DNA from: Paracoccaceae bacterium
GTDB lineage: Bacteria > Pseudomonadota > Alphaproteobacteria > Rhodobacterales > Rhodobacteraceae
Reading direction: 5' to 3'
DNA: 35,899 nt
Assembly: GCA_021767525.1 (NCBI GenBank)
Contig: JAASTF010000001.1
Coordinates: 1-35,899, forward strand
Part shown: positions 19,034 to 26,552 of the stretch, piece by piece
Position numbering within the stretch: position 1 is the stretch's first letter
Layout: every line of letters starts with the position of its first letter
Notes under the pieces: model-generated
Told to the model about the DNA's origin: nothing
The model's database searches: none
The model's input: only the letters and a program-made list of their open reading frames with translations
Made by a program: the position numbers and the translations under genes

Positions 19034-19897
19034 TTAAGCCGCGCCGCTATAGACCGGAAAGACGCTGGCATCGCCATAATCCTTGGCCTCGATCCCCTTC
19101 AGCACGTCCATATCCGCGTCGGAAATTTCGAAATCCACGTCGGCGTTGGATTTCATATGCTCGGGATTGCCGGTTTTCGGCAGGGCCAGCAGCCCCAGTT
19201 GCAGCACGTAGCGAATGCAAAGCTGCGGCACCGTCACGTCGTATTTCTCGGCAATCGCCTTGATCTCTTCATTGTCCAGGATCTTGCCGTGGCCGATGGG
19301 CGAATAGGCTTCGACCAGCATACCCTTGTCCTTGGCATAGTCGATCAGGTCGAAAGGCGTGTTTCCCACATGCGCGAGGATCTGGTTGATCATCGGCTTG
19401 GTGCCGGCGTTTTCGATCAGGTTGTCCAGGTCCTGCTTTTGAAAGTTCGACACGCCGATGGCGCGGATCTTGCCGGCCTCGACCGCCTCTTCCAGCGCCT
19501 TCCAGGCAGCCAGGTTACCGTCGAAAAAGCGGTCGTCGCCGCCAAAGTGATCCCAGGGCTGCGGGCTGTGGATAATCATCAGATCGACATGGTCGAGGCC
19601 CATCGTCTCAAGCGAGCCGTCGATGGATTTCTTGGCCTCGTCATACTCCTTGATCCCGGCGTCCAGCTTGGTCTGCACGAAAATCTTGTCGCGCGGAACA
19701 CCGCAGGTGCGAATGCCTTCACCCACGCCGCGCTCGTTGCCATAGGCCTGCGCCGTATCGATGTGACGATAGCCGATATCAATGGCCGCCTTGACGGCCT
19801 CGGCGGCCTTGTCGTCATCGATCATCCAGGTGCCCAGCGCCAGCTTCGGGATGGCGACACCGTTCGGCAGGGTTTGCGTTTCGTGAAGCATCTTCAT
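19034..19897 (-). CDS. Aldo/keto reductase (2,5-DKG reductase-like)
   Basis: LGTW, GYRHIDTAQAYGNE, TKL, IHSP, IGVSNF, AYSPIG, LPKT (D-Y-K-H tetrad). Confidence 0.95.
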   Translation of the reverse strand: MKMLHETQTLPNGVAIPKLALGTWMIDDDKAAEAVKAAIDIGYRHIDTAQAYGNERGVGEGIRTCGVPRDKIFVQTKLDAGIKEYDEAKKSIDGSLETMGLDHVDLMIIHSPQPWDHFGGDDRFFDGNLAAWKALEEAVEAGKIRAIGVSNFQKQDLDNLIENAGTKPMINQILAHVGNTPFDLIDYAKDKGMLVEAYSPIGHGKILDNEEIKAIAEKYDVTVPQLCIRYVLQLGLLALPKTGNPEHMKSNADVDFEISDADMDVLKGIEAKDYGDASVFPVYSGAA

Positions 19898-20033
19898 GAT
19901 GGGGTTCCTTTCCTTCGCGCGCCCCGATGCGGGCCGCGTGTATATGGGATTGCACCGGTGTCGTAACCGGCCTGTTCGACGGACCTAAGTGCCGATGCCG
20001 CGATGAATAATCGTCGAATTCCTTATGCCATTC

Positions 20034-20048
20034 ATGAGCAGCGCTCAT
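20034..20048. promoter_or_regulatory. Putative LysR box ATGA-N7-TCAT (T-N11-A) upstream of the AKR gene
   Basis: ATGAGCAGCGCTCAT; one of three matching boxes in the cluster. Confidence 0.65.
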
Positions 20049-20154
20049 TTCTGGGCGATCGGCATCCGGCGGGAAGGAAAACGGCGCCCGGGCGTCTTCA
20101 AGGGCCAAAACGCATCCCGCGCCGCCCGGTTCCACCCGCGCGGCGCCGGCAGCG

Positions 20155-20610
20155 TCATTCAACCAGTTCGATCCGCACCGAAACCGGCCCGTCGCGCAGC
20201 AAGGGCGCAAGCGAGCCGTCGAAGGCCCCAACCCGCACCAGCCCGCGCGCGCGTTGAAACGGCTTGTAGAAAATCGCCAGGTTCCCCCACGGCGCATACA
20301 CCGTGATGTCACCGGTTTCGGGCTTGTAGCTGTCCGGCGCATCCGAGATGTCCAGCGCGCGCGGCAGGTCGGCGACCTTTTCGATCCCGTGGTAATCGGT
20401 CAGCACCAGCTCAAGCGGCAGCATCGCGGCGAAATCCCGGCCTGCCGTGCTGTCGTCCAACCGTGCGGGCAACATGTCGTCGCCCGCGATCACATGAATG
20501 CGTGTCATGCCGTCGCCTCCGCTTGCGCTGTTCTGTGCCGTGGCCATGTGCGCGCAGACCGAAAAGATACCAACAAGCACGGCGCCGCCGATCTTTTTGC
20601 CATGGAACAT
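20155..20610 (-). CDS. Cyclophilin-like fold protein with signal peptide
   Basis: LDDSTAGRDFAAMLPL, DYHGIEK, GDITVYAPWGNLAIFY pattern; hydrophobic N-terminus ending ATA-Q. Confidence 0.85.
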   Translation of the reverse strand: MFHGKKIGGAVLVGIFSVCAHMATAQNSASGGDGMTRIHVIAGDDMLPARLDDSTAGRDFAAMLPLELVLTDYHGIEKVADLPRALDISDAPDSYKPETGDITVYAPWGNLAIFYKPFQRARGLVRVGAFDGSLAPLLRDGPVSVRIELVE

Positions 20611-20715
20611 GCCTGCATCCTTTCGCCAGTTGCATACGCGCCCAACCGCCGGTGGGCTTGGCCAGTATCACCCGCCGCCCCGAAAACGGGAATAGTGTCC
20701 GATCGCATGGCAGCC

Positions 20716-20730
20716 ATGACCGCCCCTCAT
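20716..20730. promoter_or_regulatory. Putative LysR box ATGA-N7-TCAT in the divergent cyclophilin-like/lysR promoter region
   Basis: ATGACCGCCCCTCAT, roughly midway between the two divergent starts. Confidence 0.6.
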
Positions 20731-20833
20731 CAATCGCGCCGTAAAAGCCCGGCTATCAGGTGGACGGCGACAAGCCTGCCCTTGTATTCTGCCCCTTGTC
20801 ACTTGCCCCGCCCAAGCCACGGATCGAAAGCCC

Positions 20834-21739
20834 ATGCTTCGCGAAAACATCAACGACCTGATCGCCCTTGCCGCGGTTGCCGAAGAGCGCAGCTTTACCC
20901 GCGCCGCCGCGCGCCTGAACGTGTCGCAATCGGCGCTCAGCCACACGATCAAGGGGTTGGAACAGCGCCTCGGGATGCGGCTGTTGACGCGCACCACCCG
21001 CTCGGTCGCGCCGACGATAGAAGGCGAAGACCTGCTGGCCACCCTGACCCCCTGTTTCGAGATGATTGAATCCCGCCTGCGCGCGCTGAATGACGCCCGC
21101 GACCAGCCCACCGGCACCGTGCGGATCGCCGCCACCGAATACGCGATCGAAACGCTGCTTTGGCCCAAGCTGTCTCCGGTGCTGAAGCAGCACCCGGCGA
21201 TCAACATCGAATTCGTGATGGATTACGGCTATACCGATCTGGCCGAGGCGCAATGCGATGCCGGCGTGCGCTATGGCGAACAGGTCAGCGAGGGCATGAT
21301 CTCGATGCGGATCGGCCCGGACGAGCGGATGATCTGTGTCGCCGCCCCGGCCTATTTCGATGCGGCCGGCAAACCCGCCACGCCGCAGGACCTGTCGGAT
21401 CACCGCTGCGTCAACCTGCGCCTGTCGACCCACGGCGCGCTTTACGCGTGGGAGTTCGAGGATGCCGATGGCAGCGAAATCCGCGTCAAGGTGCAGGGCC
21501 AGGCCTGTTTCAACACGATCAACCCGGTGTTGCAGGCGGCGCGTGACGGCCACGGCATCGCGATGGTGCCCGAACGGCTGGCACAGCCGCACCTGGACAG
21601 CGGCGCGCTGCACGTTTGCCTGGACAGCTACTGCCCGCTTTTTCCGGGCTTTCACCTCTATTACCCCAGCCGTCTGCGCCCCTCGTCTGCGTTCGGGGTG
21701 GTTCTGGATGCGCTGCGGGATAATAAGCAGCGGTCATGA
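20834..21739 (+). CDS. LysR family transcriptional regulator (CrgA/PgrR-like)
   Basis: SFTRAAARLNVSQSALSHTIKGLEQRLGMRLLTRTTRSV HTH; DAGVRYGE, YAWEF, GFHLYYPSR. Confidence 0.95.
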   Translation: MLRENINDLIALAAVAEERSFTRAAARLNVSQSALSHTIKGLEQRLGMRLLTRTTRSVAPTIEGEDLLATLTPCFEMIESRLRALNDARDQPTGTVRIAATEYAIETLLWPKLSPVLKQHPAINIEFVMDYGYTDLAEAQCDAGVRYGEQVSEGMISMRIGPDERMICVAAPAYFDAAGKPATPQDLSDHRCVNLRLSTHGALYAWEFEDADGSEIRVKVQGQACFNTINPVLQAARDGHGIAMVPERLAQPHLDSGALHVCLDSYCPLFPGFHLYYPSRLRPSSAFGVVLDALRDNKQRS

Positions 21740-21753
21740 ATGCGGCTCATGAC
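21733..21753. promoter_or_regulatory. Putative LysR box GTCATGA-N7-TCATGAC upstream of the CMD operon
   Basis: GTCATGAATGCGGCTCATGAC with perfect 7-bp arms, overlapping the lysR stop codon. Confidence 0.7.
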
Positions 21754-21837
21754 TGGCGTGACAGCCGCCGCCATTAAGCCCGCCACGCGCGGCCCCACAT
21801 CATCGGAAAGCCCGTCATCCAACCAAAGGAGCATCCG

Positions 21838-22599
21838 ATGAAACGCCGTCTTACCACCGCCGCCCTGGCCCTGATCGCCTCTGGCGCCACCGCCCAGACG
21901 CTGGGCGACACCCTGCCCGACGAGGTGGGCCGCGTTGCACCGGCGCTGCACGCCTACGCGCAGGACGACCTGCTTGGCACCGTTTGGGCCGACCCGGCCC
22001 TGGGCACGCGCGACCGGGCGCTTGTGACGTTCGCGGCGCTGGTCACGCGGCAGGACAGCGCCGATCTGCCCGCCATAATCGCGGTTGCGCTGGATGCCGG
22101 GGTCACCCCGGCCGAGCTGTCGGAGACGGTCACGCATTTGGCCTTTTACACCGGCTGGGGCAATGCCCTGTCCGCCGCGCGGGCGATGGCGCCGGTATTC
22201 GCGGCGCGCGGCATCACCGCAGACAGCCTGCCGCCAGCTGACCCGACGCTCTTGCCGCTGGACCAAGAGGCCGAAGCCGCACGCGAAGACCTGGTGCGCG
22301 GTTTGTATGGCGATGTCAGCATGGGTGTGGTCGACACCACCCGCGACCTGCTGTTCCGCGATCTGTGGCTGCGCCCCGATTTGGCGCCGCGCGACCGCAG
22401 CCTTGTGACCGTTGCGGCGCTGATCGCGGCAGGGCAGTCGGAACAGATGACATTTCACCTGAACCGCGCGATGGATAACGGGCTGACCCGCGCCGAAGCG
22501 GGCGCGATGCTGTCGCATCTGGCCTTTTATGCCGGCTGGCCACGCGTCTTTTCCGCCCTGCCCGTCGCGAAAGAGGTCTTCGAGGCGCGCGCCGACTGA
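21838..22599 (+). CDS. Carboxymuconolactone decarboxylase (CMD/AhpD-like) family protein, tandem domains, with signal peptide
   Basis: Two repeats L..RDR.LVT.AAL...HLAFY.GW; AAGGAG RBS. Confidence 0.9.
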   Translation: MKRRLTTAALALIASGATAQTLGDTLPDEVGRVAPALHAYAQDDLLGTVWADPALGTRDRALVTFAALVTRQDSADLPAIIAVALDAGVTPAELSETVTHLAFYTGWGNALSAARAMAPVFAARGITADSLPPADPTLLPLDQEAEAAREDLVRGLYGDVSMGVVDTTRDLLFRDLWLRPDLAPRDRSLVTVAALIAAGQSEQMTFHLNRAMDNGLTRAEAGAMLSHLAFYAGWPRVFSALPVAKEVFEARAD

Positions 22600-22629
22600 C
22601 ACCCTGCCGCAAAGCAAAGGAGGACCGGC

Positions 22630-23268
22630 ATGAAGATCGGCATTCTGGGATCGGGCCTGATGGGCGCAACGCTGGGGCGTCTTTGGGCGGCCTGCGGCCA
22701 TGACGTGACCTTTGCCTATGCCCGCAGCGAAGAAAAGCTTGCGCGGCTTGCCCGCCAATGCGGCGCGGCGCATGGCAGTATCGCACATGCGGTCGAAGGG
22801 GCCGATGCCCTGTTACTGGCGGTGCATTGGTCGCGGGTGCCTGACGTGTTGGAACAGGCCGGTTCGCTTGACGGTCAGGTGGTTCTGAATTGCTGCGTGC
22901 CTTTGAACGATCAGAACACGCAGCTTGTGGTCGGCACCACCAGTTCGGGCGCCGAGGAATTGGCAAAACGGCGCCCCGGTGCGCGCTGGGTCGCCTGTTT
23001 CAACACCACCCCGTCGGAAAGCTTCGATCCCGTTTTCGCGCGCAAGGGAGGCGCAAATCCCCCGCAGGTTCTGACCTATGGCGATGACGCAGCGGCCAAG
23101 GACATCGCAGGCGGGCTGATCCGCGATATCGGTTTCGCACCGCTGGAAGCGGGCGGGTTGCAAAACGCCCGTTTCATCGAACCTTTCGCACTGGCCACGG
23201 TGGAGTTGGCCTATGTCCAGCCGGGCGGCCCGGCGCTGGTCTATCATTTTGAAAAACTGGGCGGCTGA
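22630..23268 (+). CDS. NADP oxidoreductase (F420-dependent NADP reductase-like family)
   Basis: [50 protein letters not shown] motifs; AGGAGG RBS. Confidence 0.88.
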   Translation: MKIGILGSGLMGATLGRLWAACGHDVTFAYARSEEKLARLARQCGAAHGSIAHAVEGADALLLAVHWSRVPDVLEQAGSLDGQVVLNCCVPLNDQNTQLVVGTTSSGAEELAKRRPGARWVACFNTTPSESFDPVFARKGGANPPQVLTYGDDAAAKDIAGGLIRDIGFAPLEAGGLQNARFIEPFALATVELAYVQPGGPALVYHFEKLGG

Positions 23269-23295
23269 TCCGCGCCCGCATCAAGGAGCAACACA

Positions 23296-23691
23296 ATGAA
23301 AATCACCCGATCCGGCACCAACCCGTCGATGGCCGGCCCCGCCGAATGGTTCACCGGCACCGTGCGCCTGGACCCGCTATTCGCGGCCGAGGCGCCCGGG
23401 CGCACGGCCGGCGCGCATGTCACCTTTGAACCCGGCGCGCGCACCGCCTGGCACACGCACCCCGCGGGCCAGACGCTGATCGTCACGTTCGGGCGTGGCC
23501 GTGTTCAGCGCGAAGGCGGCCCCGTCGAAGAAATCGCCGCCGGAGACGTCGTTTGGTTTCCTGCCGGGGAAAAACACTGGCACGGCGCGGCACCCGACAC
23601 CGCCATGAGCCACATTGCCATCCAGGAAAGCATCGATGGCAGCGCCGTCACCTGGATGGAGCATGTCTCGGACACGGATTACGGGGGCTGA
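23296..23691 (+). CDS. Cupin domain protein
   Basis: [49 protein letters not shown]; AAGGAG RBS. Confidence 0.93.
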   Translation: MKITRSGTNPSMAGPAEWFTGTVRLDPLFAAEAPGRTAGAHVTFEPGARTAWHTHPAGQTLIVTFGRGRVQREGGPVEEIAAGDVVWFPAGEKHWHGAAPDTAMSHIAIQESIDGSAVTWMEHVSDTDYGG

Positions 23692-23939
23692 ATGGCCCGC
23701 CTGCGCCGGGACGGCGTCTTGACGACCGGCGTAATCGGTCGCGCGGGGGCAGGCGCCACATGCGCCGCCCCCGTCATGTCATGCCGGCCGATCCCGGCGC
23801 CATAGCCCTTGGCGCAAAGGCCGGACAGCACGATCTTTCGACACGCCTGCCGCAAGATGCGCGCACGGGCATGATTTGGGCTGGGCCACTCTGGCCGGGA
23901 GGCGCGCCGGCGATCAGAAACGCGCGTGGCGCGGAGTTG

Positions 23940-24866
23940 TCAGAATGCGACCTTGTCGCCGCCCTTGAGGTTCAGGATCTCGCGCGCCTCGTCGGGTGTG
24001 GCGACCTCAAAACCCAGATGCTCGACCATCTCGCGGGCCAGCGTCACCTGCTCGGCGTTGCTTTGGGCCAGTCGGCCGCGTCCGGCGTAAAGCGAATCCT
24101 CCAGGCCCACGCGCAAATGCCCGCCCAGCAGGACCGATTGCAACGCGACGGCCATCTGCGCCTTGCCCGCCCCCAGAACCGACCATTGGTAATCCTGCCC
24201 GAACAGCCGGTCGGCGGTGCGGCGCATATGCTGAACATCTTCGGGATGCGCGCCGATCCCGCCCAAAACGCCAAAGACGGACTGAACGAAAAACGGCGGC
24301 GTCACCAGCCCGCGCTGCACGAAATGCGCCAGTGTGTACAGGTGGCCGATATCGTAGCACTCGATTTCGAACCGGGTGCCATTGCCGGCGCAGGTGGTCA
24401 GGATGCTTTCGATATCGGCGAAGGTGTTGCGGAAAACGCGGTCGCGAGAGCCCTCGATATAGGGTTCTTCCCAGTCGTGCTGAAAGGTCTTGAGCTTGTC
24501 GAGCACTGGGTAAATCCCGAAATTCATCGACCCCATGTTAAGCGAGGCGATCTCGGGCTTGAACACCGCCGCCGGGCCCAGCCGCTCGTCGACCAGCATG
24601 GTGGGCGCCCCGCCGGTGGTGATGTTGATCACCACGTCCGAGCGCTGCTTGATAACGCCCAGGAACGGTTCATACGCCTGGGGCGACTGATCGGGCTTGC
24701 CGGTTTCCGGGTCGCGGGCATGCAGATGGACGATGGCAGCCCCCGCCTCGCGGGCGGCCAGCGCCTCGTCCGCGATCTGGCTGGGGGTGATCGGCAGGTG
24801 GGGCGACATCGAAGGCGTGTGAATGGCGCCGGTGACGGCGCAGGTGATGATGACTTTGCGGGTCAT
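23940..24866 (-). CDS. Beta-keto acid cleavage enzyme (BKACE / DUF849; 3-keto-5-aminohexanoate cleavage family)
   Basis: KVIITCAVTGAIH, AGAAIVHLHAR (HxH), ASLNMGSMNF, EIECYD, RVGLED; GAGG RBS before ATG 24866. Confidence 0.93.
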   Translation of the reverse strand: MTRKVIITCAVTGAIHTPSMSPHLPITPSQIADEALAAREAGAAIVHLHARDPETGKPDQSPQAYEPFLGVIKQRSDVVINITTGGAPTMLVDERLGPAAVFKPEIASLNMGSMNFGIYPVLDKLKTFQHDWEEPYIEGSRDRVFRNTFADIESILTTCAGNGTRFEIECYDIGHLYTLAHFVQRGLVTPPFFVQSVFGVLGGIGAHPEDVQHMRRTADRLFGQDYQWSVLGAGKAQMAVALQSVLLGGHLRVGLEDSLYAGRGRLAQSNAEQVTLAREMVEHLGFEVATPDEAREILNLKGGDKVAF

Positions 24867-25116
24867 GGGCAACCTCGGAACTGGGTTTCTGATAGGAATA
24901 GCGACAGCGCCGGGACCAGCGCAATAGCCACGGGCGCCCACAAGGCAGACCGCCACCGCCGACAGCGCCGCGCCGATGCTTGTGTTGCGCAAGACAACGC
25001 GCGGGATTGATGCGGCCGACCGGCCACCCCACAACCCCTGGTCGCATTTCCGGCGCAGCGGCACAAAAGCCCGCGAAACAACCGCCGCAAAGCCTCCGGT
25101 GACGGCGACAAGGTTG

Positions 25117-25145
25117 TTGACAGGTATCGCGGCAATCGCTGGAAT
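25117..25145 (+). promoter_or_regulatory. Candidate sigma70 promoter for the phosphoesterase operon (TTGACA-N17-TGGAAT)
   Basis: Perfect -35 hexamer, weak -10; GGGGGA RBS before ATG 25161. Confidence 0.4.
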
Positions 25146-25160
25146 GACGCAGGGGGAATT

Positions 25161-26552
25161 ATGGTCAACTGGGTATGCGTTTCTGATCTTCATGCCGGTG
25201 GGCTGACCAGCCTCTTGCACGAGATCGACCGCCTGTCGGACGGCGCGCCGCGCGTCACGGCGGCCTTTTCCGCCGCGCTTGCCGCGTTTCTGGACGACCT
25301 GCGCCCGGACGACGCGCCCAAACCGCAACTTATTCTGCTGGGCGACGTTCTTGATCTGCAATTCGCAAAACGCAGCGCGGCGACGCGCGACGCGGTTGCG
25401 TTTCTCGCCCCCTTGGCCGAAGCGGGCTGTTTCGCACCCACGGTGATCGCGACGGCGGGCAACCACGACCACAGCCTGTGGACCGAGGCGCGGCTGGCCA
25501 TGGAGGCCCGCGCCTTCGAACAGGGGCGCGATGACAGCCCGGTGCACACCCCCGCCTTTGGGCCCGCCGAAGCGGCGCAAAGCGCGTTGTTGCAGGCGGT
25601 GTTGCGCAAAGCGGGCTTCGGATCGCTGGACCTGCGCTATCCCAATATCGGTTTTGCCGACGGCCGCCGTGCGGTGGTTCTGCATCACGGCCATTACATC
25701 GAAGACGCCTATCGCGTCGTCAGCACGGTGAAAGCCGCGCTTGGCGCGGATCGCGCCACGCCGATGACGGTCGGTACCCTGGCGGCGGAAAACGCCAGCT
25801 GGATCGATTTCGCCTGGTCGCCCTTGAACGACGCCGATGGGCTGGAGCGGCTGTACCAGAATTTCCTGACCACCGCCGGCTTTCGCCGCATCACGCGCGG
25901 CTGGACCGACCGGGCCGCCGCCGCGCTGTCGCGGGCGCTGCCCCTGCCCGGCAATCCGATGATGCAGCAGGCCCTGCGCGCCATCACCAAAGCGGGGGTC
26001 GAGGCCACGCTGGGCCGCGCGCGCGACACCGAAAGGATGGCCGAGGTGCTGTCGCTGACCGACAGCGGCCGTGCCGGGCTGCTTTGGTATCTGGAACAGC
26101 CGGTGCTGGAACAGATGAGGGCCGAAATCCCGGACTTCGAGGGCGAGGTCACTTTCGTGATGGGGCACACGCATCGCCCGTTCGCGATGCGCGTCAAGCC
26201 GCGCGGCTATGGCGACACGGTGCGCGTTTACAATACCGGCGGCTGGACGTTGAACGGCCCGCGGCTCGACAATGCCGAGGGCGCGGCCCTTGTGCTGATC
26301 GACGATCGGCTGAACACCGCCGCGTTGCGGCTGTTTTCGACCCCGCGCAATGGCAAGGTGCCCGACGCCCGGATCGAGATGCTGTCGAACGGCCATGACG
26401 ATGAAACCGCGTTCCAGCACAAGCTGGACACCAGCCTGAAACGCACCCGGCCCTCGTGGGACCGCCTGACCCAAGAGGTGACGAACGCCTATGTCGCGCG
26501 CCAAGAACTGCTGATCTCGATGACCGCCGCCTTTGACGAGGCGGCGGAATGA
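25161..26552 (+). CDS. Calcineurin-like metallophosphoesterase
   Basis: All five motifs present: SDLH, LGDVLD, GNHD, HHGH, MGHTH, plus NTGGW. Confidence 0.88.
   Translation: MVNWVCVSDLHAGGLTSLLHEIDRLSDGAPRVTAAFSAALAAFLDDLRPDDAPKPQLILLGDVLDLQFAKRSAATRDAVAFLAPLAEAGCFAPTVIATAGNHDHSLWTEARLAMEARAFEQGRDDSPVHTPAFGPAEAAQSALLQAVLRKAGFGSLDLRYPNIGFADGRRAVVLHHGHYIEDAYRVVSTVKAALGADRATPMTVGTLAAENASWIDFAWSPLNDADGLERLYQNFLTTAGFRRITRGWTDRAAAALSRALPLPGNPMMQQALRAITKAGVEATLGRARDTERMAEVLSLTDSGRAGLLWYLEQPVLEQMRAEIPDFEGEVTFVMGHTHRPFAMRVKPRGYGDTVRVYNTGGWTLNGPRLDNAEGAALVLIDDRLNTAALRLFSTPRNGKVPDARIEMLSNGHDDETAFQHKLDTSLKRTRPSWDRLTQEVTNAYVARQELLISMTAAFDEAAE

Noticed and set aside
23692-23939. Possible riboswitch or ncRNA (GC stems, GATTTG and GCCACT...GGGAGG fragments)
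   Set aside because: Lies between convergent 3' ends and lacks full SAM-II or cobalamin consensus; an Rfam/Infernal scan would be needed.
23553-25010. 485-aa plus-strand ORF
   Set aside because: Overlaps the cupin gene out of frame and BKACE in antisense; no motifs.
24870-25160. Canonical CRP/FNR site in the operon promoter
   Set aside because: Only a weak GTTG-N7-CAAC near 24984; no TGTGA-N6-TCACA or TTGAT-N4-ATCAA match found by eye.
23940-26504. 854-aa minus-strand ORF suggesting a giant BKACE fusion
   Set aside because: Only the last 308 aa are BKACE, with their own RBS at 24866; the extension is the antisense shadow of the phosphoesterase gene.
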